DNA of 52,326 bases from Octopus bimaculoides (taxonomy: Eukaryota): contig NC_068986.1 in NCBI RefSeq assembly GCF_001194135.2, positions 81,857,584 to 81,909,909 on the forward strand, written 5' to 3'. Of this stretch, positions 49,152-52,326 are shown piece after piece (the stretch's first letter is position 1; each line of letters begins with the position of its first letter). The position numbers were made by a program, and so were the translations under genes. The notes below the pieces were generated by a model. It did no database searches. It was not told the origin of the DNA and saw nothing but the letters and a program-made list of their open reading frames with translations.

Positions 49152-49682
49152 CTCTCTCTCTCTCTCTCTCTCTTTCTCTATTATATNNNNNNNNNNNNNN
49201 NNNNNNNNNNNNNNNNNNNNNNNNNNNNNNNNNNNNNNNNNNNNNNNNNNNNNNNNNNNNNNTATATATAATAAAGCGAATGGCTTACATCTGGTATGTT
49301 ACTGGTAAAGCACGGTCACATTCATAGTGTTCGTTATGTAAATGGAAAGACGGAAGATGGAATATACGAGAATTTTTATTATTAACCACGTGAATTGTTT
49401 CGACACATCTAGCATCGATCCCTCACAGGTGGGACACTTAACAAGTGGTTCAGGAACATCCGACGGTTCAGATGTGTCTCATCGGGTGATAAATAGATAC
49501 AACTCTTTAAAATAACAGTTCCGCAATTTATCTTCTCATTTCGTAGAAAGAAAAGCAGCAAAACGAACGAAATATCTTTATTTATATAGAAGATCGAAAA
49601 TAAAATCACAGATGCCAAGAAGAAACGAACACGAAACACAGCGAGAAAAATACATACATACATACATACATACATACATACC

Positions 49683-49721
49683 TATTGGTACATAATAATC
49701 CCATCGTGAACTGTATCGTGT

Positions 49722-49807
<86 letters not shown>

Positions 49808-50091
49808 GTGTGTGCGCGCGCCGCCGCATGTCTATCACAATTGCTGTCGAGATCCAGTAGTTCTTTATTCAGCTGGAGATGTTGAACCTGAAGTCCACAG
49901 TCTGTTCAACTAGCTCTTGTATACGATGTCTCTATATATTGGATAGAGGTGTCAATGGTTCATACCTACCTAATATCTGTGTTACACAGTGTGCTTGGCA
50001 AAATAATTCAGCCCTCAGTAACCCAATCCATCTATCTGTTATAGGTACGATTTGAAGATACAGTTCACGATGGGGTTATTATGTACCAATA
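49683..50091. mobile_element. Mariner-like MITE with 35-bp terminal inverted repeats enclosing a (TG)n tract
   Basis: tattggtacataataatcccatcgtgaactgtatc (49683-49717) and gatacagttcacgatggggttattatgtaccaata (50057-50091) match at 34 of 35 positions. The terminal TA is compatible with a TA target duplication. Confidence 0.75.
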
Positions 50092-50542
50092 CCGCATTTT
50101 GATAGGCAATCAAATACGTCATCGCAAGTGGAAGATTCACCCATATCATTATCCGCTGTACAATAATGTCCGCCTGAACCTACTTTTCCTTAAAACATAA
50201 TATTATCGCTAAAATCATCTACATTGCTATATAAAGGAAGAATTTCCCTGACGGTAACACCAAAGGTACACCAGAACCAGAAAGTATCTACACCTTTATA
50301 AATAACGAATGCCAGGGGAACGTTTCAATAAAAGCAGCCACCTGGTATAAGCACAACTAACCAGATATTGTCACATGGGATTAGGAGCAAAATTCATCCA
50401 TCGTTGTAGAGATCTGCCATTCGTCGTGTGTAAATATTTCGGCAACAATGAAAGAAAAAGAAAGCGAGAATATCTGTGGAGAAGTAATGAAAAATTTCAC
50501 TGCTCTTATATCTAGGTTATAGATTTATATTTGTGCACCGAT

Positions 50543-50562
50543 CCTAACCCTAACCCTAACCC
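50543..50562 (-). repeat. Short telomere-like (TTAGGG)3 tract
   Basis: cctaaccctaaccctaaccc on the + strand. Confidence 0.8.
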
Positions 50563-52268
50563 ATAAAAGTCTTGATATATTGGAGGTTCTCTACGAAAGA
50601 ACAAAGCAAAATGATTCACAGTCTCCAAATGCAGTGAAGATTTGTGAAACATTCCAGAGAATCCTCCTCTGAGGTTCCTGAGTTGAAAATATACATACAA
50701 TATTGATTTTAGTTTCACTCACCTGCAAAAATATACCCGTCTTTAGATTGCAACATCTCCAAGAACAAAAATCGATATGGAACTTCCGATATTTACTCCC
50801 TATAAAAATACCTACCGACATAAATATGCTCTCTATCCTTAAATACTAGAAGTTATTTACAATTATGTGCAATATCTCTATAGCATTCTCCCAACGGTGA
50901 GCTGCTCTACCCTCTAAGAGGTATTTATCTATTTACAGTTAAGTGGAACAGTGTGTGCGCGCGTGCGCACGTGTGTGCGTGTTGAGGTTTGGTAACAAGG
51001 AATTGAATACGAACACTTAACTCTACTCTTTGCTTGTCCATCTGAAGCTTTGTTGTTAAATCCCCTGGTAGGTCTCGGTTGAGCAGACTTATGATAAAAC
51101 ATTCCAAACGTAACTATCATATCTTTTTGTTTAAGTGGATCTACCACATTTTCCAACGTATTCTTCCCTGCCATTTTCCTTTTCTTTCTTTCTTTTCTTT
51201 AAGTCAGTCGGAGTGTAATTTAAGGGAGCTTAGCTACTATTTTCCATCAGGTCAACTACTTAGAATTTCTCTAACTGGCTGGAGTTTATATAAACCATGA
51301 AGCTTTGAACAAGTCCGCTTACTCTCACCGAAATTTGAATGAAATAATTAACCTAATTATAGTTAAGTACATCTACATCATTTTTTACAGTAGATTATGT
51401 AATTAGTTAATAAACTTGAACTACTTCAGTTTCTCTATATGTTTATCTGTTGGAAATCTTCAAATTACTTATATAAAAGAATATTTTAATGATTTGGAAA
51501 ATAAAACTGTATCATGAGAAATATTGCCAGGGGAGGCTACTCTTCAGATCTCCCGTGAAGTTATTTTCTCATTCGAGAGTGCTTCAACGGAAGGACAACA
51601 GATATACTTTGTTTCTACTATGTAGACGAGCAAAAGAAAAATATTGTTATAGACTTTATGATTATTAAGTGAGAAAAATTACTATAATGTGATACCACAG
51701 TATACTAAAAAATAAAAAAAGGGGTCAGAGTAGATTTAGAGGTAAAAATGACAACAAATCCTAGGGTTATGATCAATTCGGTAAAACTTCGACTAAGAAT
51801 GACATCATATGAAAAGCCATATATTTGTATGTCTTCATTGGAGCAAAAAAAAAAAAAATGTAATCTGAGACAAATATATTTAAATATTTGGAAAAACAAT
51901 TTATAAATGTTACCACATTTTTATGTGCGAATTACATTGAAAATGTAATTAGGAATGATTATGTGGTGAGCAAAGAAACGACATTTGTCGATCGCTACAT
52001 GTAGGCCTATTATTCCAACAAGTATGGTAGACAACCCTATACATGCTTCAATAATATTCTGACCCCATCACTGAAGCACAAACTTTACCATTCTTACTGA
52101 AGTTGTGATGGAAGAATCACTAAGTAAATGGTTGGTGTAGGTAAAGAAAATTCTTTAGAAAATAAATATTTTCAGAACCGCCTTCAATTGAAAAATAACA
52201 GCTAAGTCAGTTTTAACAATCATATTGTTGGGAGAATTAAAATGGCAACTGGGAATAACTATGTGGCG

Positions 52269-52271
<3 letters not shown>

Positions 52272-52326
<55 letters not shown>
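52272..52326. repeat. (CA)n microsatellite at the window end
   Basis: Directly visible. Confidence 0.95.

Overview
AT-rich, microsatellite-dense animal genomic DNA with seven assembly gaps. The SINE/RTE/Penelope repeat families and the draft-assembly style suggest an octopus or other coleoid cephalopod (inference). The only well-supported protein-coding gene is the 3' part of a + strand type I PKA regulatory subunit (PRKAR1/Pka-R1 orthologue). Six GT-AG exons (9894-9992, 21976-22035, 23899-23959, 26219-26340, 28895-28976, 29712-29884; 597 nt) splice in frame to 198 aa plus stop: [198 protein letters not shown]. This is the second half of CNB-A and all of CNB-B. The exons for the D/D domain, linker and first half of CNB-A were not found and must lie upstream or in a gap. 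The rest is decayed mobile DNA (RTE and other LINEs, a Penelope-like GIY-YIG element, a hAT transposase relic, a Helitron, piggyBac/Tigger/mariner-type MITEs, many SINEs), minisatellites and microsatellites. The best leads are a hammerhead-ribozyme-like fold on the minus strand (49381-49494), a Thr-to-Ile change in the CNB-A phosphate-binding cassette, in-frame and truncating cryptic splice acceptors made by repeats, a candidate poison microexon, exon-hugging minisatellites and several hairpins. Nearly all ORFs in the supplied track are microsatellite, gap or TE artefacts. All alignments and folds were done by eye, and repeat boundaries are approximate.
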